64,000 nucleotides of DNA from Paraspadella gotoi (Eukaryota > Animalia > Chaetognatha). The position numbers were made by a program, and so were the translations under genes. The stretch lies in contig CM119269.1 of assembly GCA_051294375.1 (NCBI GenBank), positions 16,513,818 through 16,577,817 of the forward strand, given 5' to 3'. Positions within the stretch are counted from its first letter, which is position 1; each line of letters begins with the position of its first letter. The notes below the pieces were generated by a model. The model did no database searches. It had not been told where the DNA came from and worked only from the letters and a program-made list of their open reading frames with translations. Below, piece after piece: positions 1 to 12,843 of this stretch.

Positions 1-1029
1 GAAAACAACTTTTTCTCATATGCTGATTATCATAGAAGCCCTCTGAAGTTGTTGGAAAAGTTTCAAATGTTTAAGATTGATTTGAAAAAATATGGAGAAA
101 AAATTTATTAACCGACAAATTTGGTTCTTAAAGAAATTATTGATGGTTGTTGAACGAATTTTGATTTAGAATTTTGACATTAAAAAGAAATTGACCTAAC
201 TTAATATTTTTTTAAATATTTATATTATAAGTAATAGTGTATGTTTGCTAAATATAAAATCTTTAATTTAATCTTTTTAAAAGTTCGCTAAGCAAATTAA
301 AAATCGGAAAATCGATTTTTGCCTAAAAAGAGAGGTTTATCCGGAAATTTAGTCCTCTCTCTACTAGAAAAACCGAACCATTAGCTGAAATCACGGATTG
401 GTCCCATTGGTTCCTACCCTTGCTTAAGTTCCTTCTTACTCTCATTTTTATAGCTTGTACATGCTTGCCTCAAGTTCCAAAACATCAGTATTGGGGTTAT
501 TTTCGCAATAAAGGCTTCCTGGGAATCTTAAAAAAAAATTTTCAAATTCCGTTTGCTATTAAAATTCAATCTCCATGCTGTCAAGGTTCAGTTCTCAAAG
601 GATTTTAAAAATTTGTTTCAATCCATAACTAAACCGAATTACTACAAAATAGGTAGCTCTTTAATATTTATATTTTTAAACCGAATGGCAAGAAAAATCT
701 GAATAAGAAAAAATATTGAGTTTCCGAAAACGAAGCCCGAGAAAATCATGAATCCGTAAGAAAGAACAAGAAATTGTTTGAGTCGAAGCTCAAGAAGGCA
801 ACTCCATCTTTCCTTTTCGATAACCTTTGACCTTCAAGAGTCGAAAAGACCCTTTTCTCCTCTTGGGTTTCCTTTTCTCTTTTCGCCAGATCAATGTCCA
901 GATATTTTAGAATGACTGGCGCCGATTTACGCAAAAGCGCATGAGTCAGCGAGAAAGAACAAATTTTAGAACGAAAATTCATGAATTTCTTATGTGAGCC
1001 AGACTCTCTCTCTCTCACTCTTCTCATCT

Positions 1030-1086
<57 letters not shown>

Positions 1087-1184
1087 CTCTCTCTCTATGT
1101 CTGTCTGTCTTTCTCTTTCTCCCTCTTTCTTCTGTCTATCGATCCGCATCCACCCCCTCGCCCCCCCCGCCCCAACACAACCAG

Positions 1185-1350
1185 AGCCATTATGATGCTG
1201 TGCGAACACGCGGCCGCCAAGAACAAAGTGATGGTGCTGAACCTAAGCGCGCCTTTTCTCATCAAGTACTTCGTTGACAAGAAGCTCAACGTCCTTCAAT
1301 ACGTGGACGTGCTCTTCGGGAATCTGGACGAAGCGGCGGAGCTGTCCAAG
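1185..1350 (+). CDS. ADK: Adenosine kinase exon (NLSAPF, FGNxxE)
   Basis: ccag| at 1184 and AAG|gtgcgt at 1350; phase 2 to phase 0. Confidence 0.9.
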
Positions 1351-2309
1351 GTGCGTCGAGGATGGAGGATGAAAAGGGCCGTCGACTGCTTTCACTTTTA
1401 TAATATTTAGTCAATCATTAATCCTATCCATCAATTCATAAACCAATTAAAAACTTTAAAACCTTGACTTAATTGTCGGCTGATAAAAAGGTCGATTCAT
1501 CCATCAATCATTTTGTCCATCAAAAATATTTTAAATAATGCTAAATCAAAATAAAAGTCGAATCTAAATGTAAAACCTAATTAAATAAAAATCAAAATGA
1601 AAACCAAACTCTTTAGGCCCTCAAACTCGGCACGACGAACCCCAAGTCCATCGCGACGAAGATCATGAACTTACCCAAGAAGAACGAGTCTCGTCGTCGC
1701 AGCGTCGTCTTCACCGGCGGACGCGATCCCACCGTCGTCGGCTGGGAAGGGGGTGAAGTCTTCGAGGATGCCTTCGAACCCGTCCCCAAGGAAAAGATCA
1801 AGTGAGGAAGGCGGAATGGAATGGATGGTAGGGTGGGGGTCGGTTTTGTTGACTTGAATAGCTATGGAGAATTGTGGATCGACGGATGAGTGGATTATGT
1901 CAGGTTTTTATGGAGCATTCGTTTGCTTAGCTACTGTTATCGCTTTGTAACGATAGAGATAGAGACGAATGACAGTTTTGGTTCCCTTTCGATTTTGGAC
2001 GGCTATAATGTCTGACAAAAAATTACCTTTTGTTTAGGGACACGAACGCTTGTGGCGACTCCTTTGTCGGTGGATTTTTGGCCCAATTGGTGCGAAATAA
2101 AGACGTTAAAACCTGTTTGAAGGTGAGTTGCTTTTGTAACGATACCTTTAGTTTAAACTTTATCTGCTTTGAATTAAAAGGATTGTCATTAGAATATTGA
2201 ATTTATTGAATTTTAAATTTGCTTACAGTGCGCGAATTACGCTGCGTCAGTCATCATTCAACACGATGGTTGCTCCTTTCCCGAATTGCCCGGCTTCAGA
2301 CTTTCTTAA
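1185..2309 (+). CDS. ADK: Adenosine kinase (PfkB/ribokinase family), 3' part; four exons: 1185-1350, 1617-1801, 2038-2122, 2229-2309. 5' exons not found in the window
   Basis: GT-AG exons join in frame to AIMMLCEHAAAKNKVMVLNLSAPFLIKYF..YVDVLFGNLDEAAELSK / ALKLGTTNPK..LPKKNESRRRSVVFTGGRDP..EKIK / DTNACGDSFVGGFLAQL.. / CANYAASVIIQHDGCSFPELPGFRLS*. NLSAPF, FGNxxEA, DTNxxGD.FVGGFL and GCxFP are adenosine kinase hallmarks. Confidence 0.93.
1617..1801 (+). CDS. ADK: Adenosine kinase exon
   Basis: tttag| at 1616 and AA|gtgagg at 1801; encodes LPKKNESRRRSVVFTGGRDP. Confidence 0.9.
2038..2122 (+). CDS. ADK: Adenosine kinase exon (anion-hole motif)
   Basis: tttag|G GAC ACG AAC ... AAG|gtgagt; encodes DTNACGDSFVGGFLAQL. 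Confidence 0.92.
2229..2309 (+). CDS. ADK: Adenosine kinase terminal exon
   Basis: ttacag|TGC ... TCT TAA; encodes YAASVIIQHDGCSFP. Confidence 0.9.
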   Translation, partial: CANYAASVIIQHDGCSFPELPGFRLS

Positions 2310-2537
2310 TGTATATTCTATAATAGTACATTTGAGTTTTACCACGCGTGTTGTTTTTTTGTTTTTTTTCTAGATTAGTCTCCAGATGCCGTAAATTTGG
2401 CTAAAGCTTTTGTCAGTTTATCATAATAATTCTGTCTCGCTTTTAAAGTTTGTTGTTGTTGTTTTTTTTTTAAATTTTATTTCAAATCAGCTTTATTGGA
2501 ATATTAGAATTTAGATATTCACTGGCTGTTCGATCTC

Positions 2538-2543
2538 AATAAA
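2538..2543 (+). promoter_or_regulatory. Putative polyadenylation signal of ADK
   Basis: AATAAA about 230 nt downstream of the ADK stop codon. Confidence 0.45.
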
Positions 2544-4601
2544 TCATTGTAAATTCATTAAGTTCTCTAACCGTCGCTTAGTACTTTACACCAAAGCCTT
2601 GGTGTACGTATTTTGTATACGTAGCTTGTACCCGAGGCTTTTATTAAACCTCATAGTTGTTAATTAACTAACTGTTTTATTCGTGGTGTCAAAACACGTA
2701 TTTCTCTGATCCCTTCGTTCATCGACAAATATTTGACGAATTTGATAATGTACCATTTATTGTCAAATTATTACAATTATTATATAATTTAGTTGAAGAA
2801 CTTAAAAGAAGTTATCAACTGTAAATCATAAAGGAGTGGTAAAATATTCATTATTTTGACATAACATTAATGGCATGACACTGAATGTTACATTAAGTCG
2901 GCGAAGTAATTGAAATATTTTCGAGCACTGGTGGACCCTACAATAAATCGGTTCAACGGCTTCTATTTATCAAATTAATCTAATTGTTTTAATAAGTATT
3001 ACAGATAGTCAAAGAGTATTTTCTCCTCCGTTGGATAATCCTAAAATCAACACAAAAAATAATTTTTACAATCGAAAATTTTTGAGTATCCAGAAAGGCT
3101 AAGTTTTTTAAATTGATTTTGTCATGCAAAATTTATGTTTTAGCCAACAAGTTGGATTTTTGACTGTTCACAAGTTTGTTTTTTTTTTTAAATTTGATAA
3201 GCCATTTATTTGATAATAACATATTTTGATGATTTGATACCAAGCAAATGTCAACAAAAAGATTTAATTCTCGTATTTTTAAAGTATGAAACAATTTAAA
3301 CTTATATCGGCATTCGCCATTCTATGATATATTGACTGGCCAAATCGAAAAACCGTGGTCGAATTCTTGCTCGAGGCATGCACCAAAAAAAAGAGAAAGT
3401 TATTGATATGAGTAAATGTAATTAATTTTTTTTTAATATTAACTTCTCTAATTTAGAAGAACCGACTCGAAAATCTTTTTATTGGCGATAAATTGCTTTT
3501 TTTCAAAGAGCAGATTTTTGTTTTTAAATTAATTTTCGTTGTTGTTCGTGAAGGGTACAAGTTTTAGTGATGCTACTCACTTTTTTTTTCAAAGGCGTAG
3601 TGATGTAGAAAACCAGCAATACTGTACAACGGATTAATCAGCAATATTATTTCCGCTCCGCCACTGGCTGTGCGGGTTCGTGTACGTTGCGCTTTTGTCA
3701 AAAAAAAAACTTGTTCTGCTCGAAAAAATAAAAAAAACTTGACTTTTAAAATTTAATCTCCATAAAAGGGAATCTTAATTAATGAGTTAAAAGACGTCTG
3801 CGTAGCTAGCTAGGACTGGTTTTCAAAAAAAAAACCCTTTAAAAAGGCGTCTGTTCATAAAAGTCCATAAAAGTAGCAAATAATTTTTCTAGGAAAACCG
3901 ACCGAGTCAAAACCTCTTTCCTTTTCACATCGGCAACGAATATGTCTTGGCAACGAAAAATACGCTCGCCAGAAAAGCTTCTCCTGAAAAACTCCTAATA
4001 TTGCATCCGAGCCCTTCTGCTACCAATATTCATTCGCTCACAATGATTTTTTTTTTCGTGTTGCGCACGTCTTTTAATATCAAACGATTTACATGAAACG
4101 GACAAAACTTATTAATCTTAAATATAATATAATTATTATTTTAATCTCCAAAAATACCTTTCCTTTATAATTCTAATTGCCAAAATGTTCTCACATATTC
4201 AGCAAAAGCTGTGTCGCTCTCTGTCTCGCTTTATCCTCTCTCCCGTTCTCATACCCCTAAACTAAAAAAAAATAAATATTAAACAAAAATTAAGTTTAAC
4301 GCAGAACAAGTTTCTGATGCATCAGATCATTTTTAACTTTGTTTCTGTTTTAGTTATTTTTATTTTTTTGGTGAGTTTTGTTTATGTACCAAAAGCGACT
4401 CGGCGGCGACTGTATATCTCGGTAAAGAGAGACACCGGTGTATCGCTGCACGCGACGAGCGGAGGCCTCTGATTGGTCCTGTTCCTGACCAGTTGGATGC
4501 GTTCATTTTCAGGTCGCGACGTCGTCGACGAGCCGCTTCGGTCGCCTAAAATTGGGCGATTCTTGTGGCCCATTCTTTCCGCTACGAGTCGTTTTTTTTT
4601 T

Positions 4602-4742
4602 TTAAATTTCCCCGGATGTAATTGGCGTGAATGAATGATAGTCATCTTGCCAAGCGGACGGCGCGTCCACCTCGATGACGACGGCCTGGACGGGGCGCGA
4701 CGCTTCGGGGGGCGTTGGACCGTCACCGGGGCGCGCGTCGGA
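4602..4742 (-). CDS. Candidate terminal coding exon (SDARPGDGPT...WQDDYHSFTPITSGEI*)
   Basis: GC-rich island; cgtag| then 46 open codons to TAA; higher-complexity C-terminal peptide; weak pyrimidine tract. Confidence 0.4.
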   Translation of the reverse strand, partial: SDARPGDGPTPPEASRPVQAVVIEVDAPSAWQDDYHSFTPITSGEI

Positions 4743-6819
4743 CTACGTATTATGGGATATTGCTATTTGCTAGTATTATACAACAATATCCCTGTATATT
4801 TATATGATTTTGATGTATCTATCGATCTTCTTTTTAGGATGTGCCTTTTGTTTTGAAAACTCCCGAGTCCTTTCGTTTGACGGCGCAGCGCGGTCGTCAC
4901 CTCAATGGCATGGAACCATGCGGGATGGCAAGGTGCATTTTTTTTGGAAGATGAAAAAAAAGAGAGAAAATTTTGAGAGAGGGAGTGAGAGAAAGAGAGA
5001 GACAGACAGAGAGAGAGGGGATCTAGAATTTCTGACTTTTTTTGGGGCTCCAAAGGTCAGAACATTCTTTTCCCTTTTTCGAGAAGAGAGAGACGCAGCG
5101 AAAGCAAATCAGGACTTATAATTGTAATTTAACTTATTTTTAAAGAACATTTATTTTGACGAAAAAATATGCGATCGCGACTCCTCGCCAGATGAGAAAG
5201 TAGTAAAAATGCAAAGAGTGGAAAAACCTTAAAATAATTTCGGTGCTAATTTTTCTTTTTAACAAGTAGCATGAAAAACGTGCAGACACCTAGAAACGAT
5301 TACACTTAAAAATGAAAAAACCTGAATAATAAAACAAAATCTTAAATATATATATATCGACTCTTTTACAGAAGAATAAAAAAAAAAATGACTCGAAGAA
5401 TGTAAAAGAATCGCGTGCAAAAAGTCGGTGCGAGTTTTGTTTATATATTTTTTTTTTTGTTTCATTTTTTTCATGTAAAAAAATTGAGTTGTTTTATTGA
5501 GCAACGTCTCAATCCATCCGCTCATGACGCTCCATGCCATTTGGTTTGTTTTTTTTTTCCTCCAGGAAAAAAAGGGGGCAGGGAAAGAGGGGAGGAGGCA
5601 CATTGATAAATGAATATATTTTCATATCGAGTGATCACGATAAATAAATACGTCGAAGTACACGGAGATAGAGAGAGAGAGAGAGAGAACGAGCAAAATG
5701 GAGAGAAGAAAAAAAAAAGCTCATCCAAAAAAAAAGAGCAACCAAAAAAAAACCAATATTAACAACCAAAAAAAAACAACAAAAAACAAACAAGAAACAA
5801 AAACAAAAAAAACAGACATGCCATCGAGGGGGAAAAAAAATAAGGGTGAACAAGTTTTGAAAAAAAGTTGGTGAGAAATTTAAAAATAGATCACAAGGCG
5901 AAAACACGGAACGAGAGGTGCGATTAAAAGAAGGGAAAGAGTGTCGCGGCAACGGGGGGGGGAGGTAGAAGAAGATAGAGACGGAGACGGAGAAAAGAAA
6001 GAGGGAGAACAACGATGGAGATGGAGAGAGGCGGGTGAGATGAGACACGCGCGCGCGCAATATAAAGCCGAAGATGCGCCCATGACGATTTTTTTTTTGG
6101 AAGGGGAGGAGGGAGGGGGAGAGAAACGCTTTTGGAGAGGGGGGGTAGAAAAAAGAACACTAGGTTTGGATCCTTACGCCCACTTGAGAAATAAAGAAAC
6201 AAATGCCGTCTCTTGGAAGGATGGGAAAACTCGAGCGGAGAGTCGACGTGAAATTTTAAAATATAATACTATTGTTATTGTTTTTAACAATAAAAAAAAA
6301 AGTTTAATCGTGATGGAGACAAAAAAATGTTTTAAATTTAGCCTTGTTTGAAGGTTATTAAAGCATTGATAATAAGAATTTATTAACTGTTTTAAAGAAC
6401 TAATAAGTTTGCTGCAAGGTGTCGGCCTTAAAAAACAAATGGAAACAAACGGTTGAGATGGTGAAGAAGAGTATTTTCTCACCAGTCAATACAAAATTAA
6501 TTCTTTTAAAACATTTTTGAGAGGGCGGGGGAGAAAAGGGTGGAATAAGCGAAACGTGTACGGCGCAAATTGTTTGGGCACGAAATTAATTCGGCCCATA
6601 TCAATTTTAACGCGGATTAACTAACGCTAAAAGAGAATCGTTATGACGGTTAAAACTACCAACCGGAACTACAGTAACAGCACACGTACTGGCCCGATTT
6701 ACAGCCAGCGCTCGTTATAAAATTTTTGGGAACATAATTTGTTATAAATCGTTGACTGTCTTCTAGTCAATGGAGTAAAGCAATATGGGGAAAATAAAGG
6801 AAACAAAACAAAGCGAAAC

Positions 6820-6924
<105 letters not shown>

Positions 6925-8294
6925 AAGCACCATGGAAGCATTCCAGATTTATTTTGCTCTTTTCGCTGCCACCGATCCTGTCCCATTCAAACGTCGGCTC
7001 GAGAGTTTTCATGTTTTTTTGTTTTTTTGTTTTTCATTGACGCCGTCATTAATGTGGTTGTTGTGCCTTTTTGTTATTAAATTATTTACTTTAATGAGGA
7101 AAATAAACGCGCTTTATTTAAATTCGATTTGAATGCCAAAGTGCCCGTTATCGAAGTTGATAGGAAAAACGGAAATCTATTTGCACTAAGGAATAGCATG
7201 AACTCTTTCTCAAAACTTGAGAGATTGAAAGAGATGGCATAAATGCCGTCGCCGAATTTTAAAGAGACATGAAATGGCATTTAAAATACCGTCGATCCAA
7301 CCTCTCAGGCGAAAAAGTACATCCTAGGGTTTCCTCATGAAAAAAAGGTTTCCTTGGGCAAAAAAAAAACGTTATTTTTCCTAATTTTCCCTTCAAAGAC
7401 GTCGAGAGTTTTCTTGACGCCAATTTTTTTAATTCAGACCGATGCTCTTTTTTTTTTTCCTCGTACACAAACCGAACGCAGCGAAGAAGCGGAAAAATAT
7501 AAATAAAGCGATACTCGGTGTAAACAAACGTCACAAGATGGAAAAATAAAAGGAGTAAAGAGAGTAGAATAATCGCGCGGCTAACTTGGCGTCGATTAGG
7601 GGGAAAAAATAGAGAGGGAGAGAAAAAAAAAACCCAAAACATGGAAAGAAAAGTTGAGAAGGGGAAGCAGTGGGAGAAAATGGGGGGGAGGGGAGAGAAA
7701 GCTGCGGGCGGTGCGAGAGAGAGAGATAGAGAGAGAGAGAGGGGACAGAAGAAAAGAAAGTGGTGCTGCTGCTCGTGTTGTTGTTGTTATTTAGTCGTTG
7801 TTTATTTTCATTTTTCGTATTATTTTTTCCGATTCTTTCTTTCGTTTTGTCTCCGTTTTTCGTGTGTTTTGTTTTTTTTGTTTTTTTTTGTTTTCCTTTG
7901 TCGAAATGAAACGAAGTCCTATTTTTATCTTCGTCGCTGGTTGAAGAGGAAGGAGTAAGGGAGGGAAGGGGAGGAGACGGAAAAAGGAGAGGAAGAGACG
8001 GAGGGAGATGACGTTGCTACGGCGCCGAGCGGAGAAGAAAGCGAGGGAGGGGGGGGTGAACCGAGAAGAAAAAGGGGGGGGGAGGAGTGTCGTGCCATGT
8101 TCTTCTTCGACTAAAACAGGGAGGAAGGAGTGAACGAGGAGTGAGATAGGAGGAGACGGGGGAGGGAGTGAGAGGAGGCAGGGGATCCGAATGTGAAGGA
8201 GTGGGGAAAGGAGGAGGAAGGGAAGTGAAGTTTTCGAAGTGAAGGAAGTTTTGACTAGAATCTGCGTGAGGCAACGCCGCGGGTGTGAGTCTCT

Positions 8295-8397
<103 letters not shown>

Positions 8398-8612
8398 AGG
8401 GAAGCAGAATATTAGGCATTTATATTGACGTCTAAAGAAACGAAACTTGGTAATTGGATAAAATTTCTCACGTCGACGCATCACCTTTGCCGCTAAGGGT
8501 GAGTTCACGCCGTGACGCTTTGACTTACGCCCCGACGACTCAGGGACGAATTGACGCTACAACGGTCTCTGTGACGCCGCGTCCAACGGGATGACGCCGC
8601 GACGGCCCCGCG

Positions 8613-9331
8613 TCACGCCTTGACGAATTTCGGTTGCGTCGCGTTGGCGCCGGAAGCCGCCGACGGTGGCGCCGCTTCGTCGGTGGCGTTGTTCTTTCTT
8701 TGATCAGAGTTCAACTTGGGCGCCGTTTGATCAGCAGCGCCTAGAGCATCGACAGCGCCGTCCGGAAGTTTATCTTTGGGCGTGGCCGCGCCCGGCGTCG
8801 TCGTAGTCGTCGTCGCCGACGCGAGGTGCTTTAAGGCTTCATCGTCGCCGTCTTCGGCCTCAATGGAAACGACGAACGAAGAGACGGCGCCTCTCGTCGT
8901 TTCCGGCGCCTTCGTCGTCGTCGACAAGCCGTTGGCGCCGTTTGACTCGGCGCCGGTGGCGTCGACGCAGTTCCAGGCGGCGCCGATCGGCGATGCCGGT
9001 TGAGCATTTTTCGAAGTGTTGTTGTTGTTGAAGGCAGAATCGATGGCGTTGGCTGTGGAGGCGGCGACGACGACGTCGGCGTCGACGGACGGCGGTGGCG
9101 CCGCGTCGAGAAGCGGCGTAGAATCGTCGGCGTCGTTTTTTGGTTCCGCGACGACGACGGCGCCGTTCGTGGGCGTCGTCGTCGAAGAGGCGGCGCCGTC
9201 GACGAGGTGATTGGCGCGAGGCGCCGACGCTGCGGGCGGCGGCGATTTGGACGTCGTCGGCGGCGACGCCGGCGTCGGCGTCGGCGGGGAAAACGAGAGA
9301 AGCGGAGCGACGTCCTCGATCTTCGTCGAGG
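8613..9331 (-). CDS. Candidate coding exon, Ala/Thr/Pro/Ser-rich disordered segment
   Basis: ttttcag| phase-1 acceptor at 9331; 239-codon open frame ending in TGA at 8613; phase matches the upstream exon 10700-10812. Confidence 0.6.
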
Positions 9332-10699
9332 CTGAAAATGGTAAAAATTAATATTTTCAAAATTGTCATCTTGTTTACTATTTATAGTACTGCCACTTCG
9401 ATAATTTTCCTTCATTATTAAGTATTTTGCCTTTTTTTTCTTTTAACTTTCATGATATTTTATTCGAAGGCTTCGTTTATACCTTTTAAATTTTTGTGTT
9501 TCTTCTTTATATTTTCTAAAGACTTTTGGCCTTTTGTTTTCGAGCACCGAAACGTCAGCTCGCGTCTTTTTTTTTTTTTCTTTCTTTTCTCTTTTCTTTT
9601 TTTCCCCTCTCGATATCGCGAGATCTCCGAGCTCTCAATCACCGACTTGTCATTTTGTTTTCTGTCTTTTCCGCCATTTTCGCCTGTCGCTTTAGTGAAG
9701 TCACGTGACCGACATCTCTTTCCGACCCACTAAGTTTCTTGACTTCCCGTCACTTTCCTTCTCCTTTTTTTTCCTTTCCCTTTTTCCCCCTTTCCCATTT
9801 TTTTTTAGTTCCGCTTCTCCTCTTTTTTTCTTTTCATTATTTTTTCTTTTTTTTTTCTTTTTTCTCTTTCTATTCTTTTGGCTTCCCCTTTGAGATTTTC
9901 GCTCGAATGCTTTCCCCGGTCGGTGGCTCAAGGTTCGAATATTAAAAGATATCATAATTTTTTTTTTTTTTTTTTTGTCTTTTTTTGGCAACCAAAACAT
10001 AAATTTACCATAAAATAAAAATTCATACGTAAATTTTATAGTATGTAAGTAGGTCCACTGAAACCGAATTTAAACTACAAGATTCTCGTGTATTAAATAT
10101 TGGTAAAAATTCAAGTTTTAGCTTTCCTTTTTGGTTTTTTTCTTTGTTTTATTATTTCAGGAACTAAAACACAAAATTAAAGACAACTCGAAGCGTAAAA
10201 AGCTGGGCAATAACGGCGCTAAACAAAAAAAAACCGTGTCATACCTTAAGTTGCAAAATTTTAGCCAAAACGACTTACTTGCCATTTTCCGCCGTCAATC
10301 GGTCGCTGACCTTACCTTTTCGGCAAAGGCAAAAGATTCTAGCGACTAACGGAACAAATTACAGCGAGAACTGGAACTTAATTCTCTCATCTCTCTGTTG
10401 CAACTGTCCGTCTTCACACCTTTTCATCGTCAAAAACTCTATGCTGCTGAATAACCTGATTAACCTTTTCTTGTAGTACTGTGACTTTCTTGCCATTATA
10501 ATTTCGCATTACAATTTTTTTTCCCTTAATATTTGTTACCGTATTTCGTCGTCTCATTTTTAAATACCCGCTGTCTTTCCTCGCATTTCTCCTTCCCCGT
10601 ATTCCGCCTTCTCAATTTCTAAACGTCAACTTTCTTTCAACTTTCCTCTCATTCGCCCTCACCCGTATTTCCCCTTCTCAATTCCGCGAGGCGACTCAC

Positions 10700-10812
10700 C
10701 TTCGACCTTGGCGTTTCCAGCGGAGCGGCCGTCCGTCGAGGGGAGCGGAATTTTCGCGGCGGCGGCCGCCGAGTGAGGTGACGCCGCCGTCGTCGCCGCC
10801 TCGGACGAGTAA
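10700..10812 (-). CDS. Candidate internal coding exon (YSSEAATT...NAKVE)
   Basis: ttttctttttccag| acceptor and GAAG|gtgagt donor; phase 2 to phase 1; open frame. Confidence 0.62.
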
Positions 10813-10963
10813 CTGGAAAAAGAAAATCAGAAAGTCTTTTGTTTTTCTTTTCTTTTTTTTTTGGTTCTTTTTCTCTGTCCGCGAGTTGTTAAATTCCCTC
10901 CCTTCTCTCCCTTCTAAGCTCCCCAAACACCATCATTTTTTTCCACCCCACACCCCCACCAAC

Positions 10964-11237
10964 CTCCGGCGGCTCTTGGTCCAGCCGTTGGTCGGCGCCG
11001 GCGGCAGCTTCATCCTGGCGGCGGCGGCGGTTAGGGAATCGAGGCCGGCGTCGTCGGCGTCGTCGTCGTCGGCGAATGGAAGGCGCGCCGATTGTGCGCC
11101 GGCCGTCACGTGATTGTGCGTCGAGGAGCGCCGACGAGACGCCGACGTCGCTCTCGTCTTCGTCGTCGGCGGAGGCGGCGGTGGGGAAGGAGGGGTGGGG
11201 ATGAGAGGCGGGGGTGAAGGGGGGCAGGGCGATGTGG
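10964..11237 (-). CDS. Candidate internal coding exon, Pro-rich (TSPCPPSPPP...NGWTKSRRS)
   Basis: tttcag| acceptor and GAG|gttggt donor; phase 1 to phase 2; chains in frame with the two following exons. Confidence 0.55.
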
Positions 11238-11965
11238 CTGAAATGAGGGGGGAAACAGGGAGTGGGTGAGGAAAAATGAGGAGAGGGGGGGAGAGAAGGG
11301 AAAAGCGTCAGAGAGAGAGTTGAAAAATCATACATAATACCCGACTAAATAATTTTTTTTCATCGCGACAACCATTATTAATACTTTTTAGATTGGATAA
11401 GTTCTCATAAAATCCAAGACAGAATTGCTACTACTAGATCAGCGAAACACAGTTTTTTTTTAACTTACCGTATTTTCAATCAACGACTCGCTGCTGTTTC
11501 GATTATAAATTCGAGGAGCAAATCTTGCTGCTCTTTTGTTTGAATAAAGTGGCACCTGATTGGTTCTCAAAGAATTCTTTTTGTCTACTCGTTACCGATC
11601 GGCTAAATTAAACAGCTAATTTGGTCTCGCCCGATTGGAGAGGACTTTTTTTTTCTTTTTAACTCAGTATTTGTTTTTGTTATTTTTCTTCGCGATAAAA
11701 TATTTTAAAAGGATAAGACTTTTCTCACCCGACTTTTTTCTTAACCGAGTCTCTCTCTCTGCTCTTATTTATTAATTACTCCCAGTTTTTTTTTTGTTTT
11801 TTTTTTCTGTAGCGATTCGATATTGAAATTCTAATCATCGTCTCTTGTTTTCTTGTTTTGTTTACAATCATCACGGATGTTTTTTTTTCTGTATCGTAAC
11901 TTTTTTGAACCGACTGGATAAAATAATTTGAAATCGTTTTTTTTTATTTTTTTTTTATGGGAAAA

Positions 11966-12843
11966 TCATTCGACGTCTCCGTTGAAGACAAAAGGAACGT
12001 CAATGTTGAAGGTGGCGTCGTTGACCGTCGTCAAGGCGACGACGACGGAGGCTTCGGACGCCGAGGCCACGCCGTCGACGCCATCGTCCGGCGTCTCGTT
12101 TGGCGCCGGGACGCCGACCGGCGATTTTCGTCGCGCCGGTGGCGGAGGAGGCGGCGAAGCCGGCGGCGACGATGTCGCGACGACGGTGATGCCGAAGAGG
12201 CGTTCCAGCGCCCTCGCCTGAGCCGGCGTCACCGAAGGACGCCGGCCCATTGGCTCCCCGTCGTCGGCCTCGTCCACCCAGGAACGCTTCCGGGGTCGGA
12301 GCGCCGCTTCTCCAGCCGCGGCGGCGTCGGCGGCGTCGGGCACGTCGATGAAAGAGGCGCCGCGTCTCGGCGTCGTCGACGAAGAGAACGACGCCATGGA
12401 CGAGTTTGTCGAAGAGCGCCGGTCCGTCGAAGACAAGTTCGGCGAGAGGCCAGCGAAAGGCGCCGACGACGCCGACAGCGCCGAGGTCGAGGCGGAGAGC
12501 GCCGAAGCCGCCGCGGCGACGGGGCGAAGGCGGTCGTCGTCGAAAAGTGGCGTCGTGGCGCCGGGAGAGCCGCTTTGACGATCCCAACGCCGGCGCCGAG
12601 GCACGGAGGGCGATTCTGCCGCCAGGTTTACTTCCCACCGCCTCGCCGCAGAGTCCCGTCCGTGGCGGGAGGCGGCGACGACGGCGTCGTCGTCGGCGGC
12701 GTCGGCTTCGTCGTCGTCATCGACAGCGCCGCAACGAAACGGCGACGATTGCACCTGAAGGCCGAGGAGTTTCCCTGCTTTTCCGCCGCCTTGTTTTTGC
12801 AGCGCCGCCGCTTGCGCCGCCGCCCGCGCCACCTCCATAATGT
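11966..12843 (-). CDS. Candidate alternative terminal exon or single-exon ORF, about 290 aa, Ala/Ser/Asp-rich
   Basis: Long GC-rich ORF (MEVARAAAQ...DVPFVFNGDVE*) sharply bounded by AT-rich DNA; possible phase-1 acceptor taaag|AC at 12843 or an ATG just inside it. Confidence 0.55.

Noticed and set aside
8420-8630. Cluster of TGACG (CRE half-site) words
   Set aside because: GACG words are very common in the GC-rich DNA of this window, and there is no independent promoter evidence.
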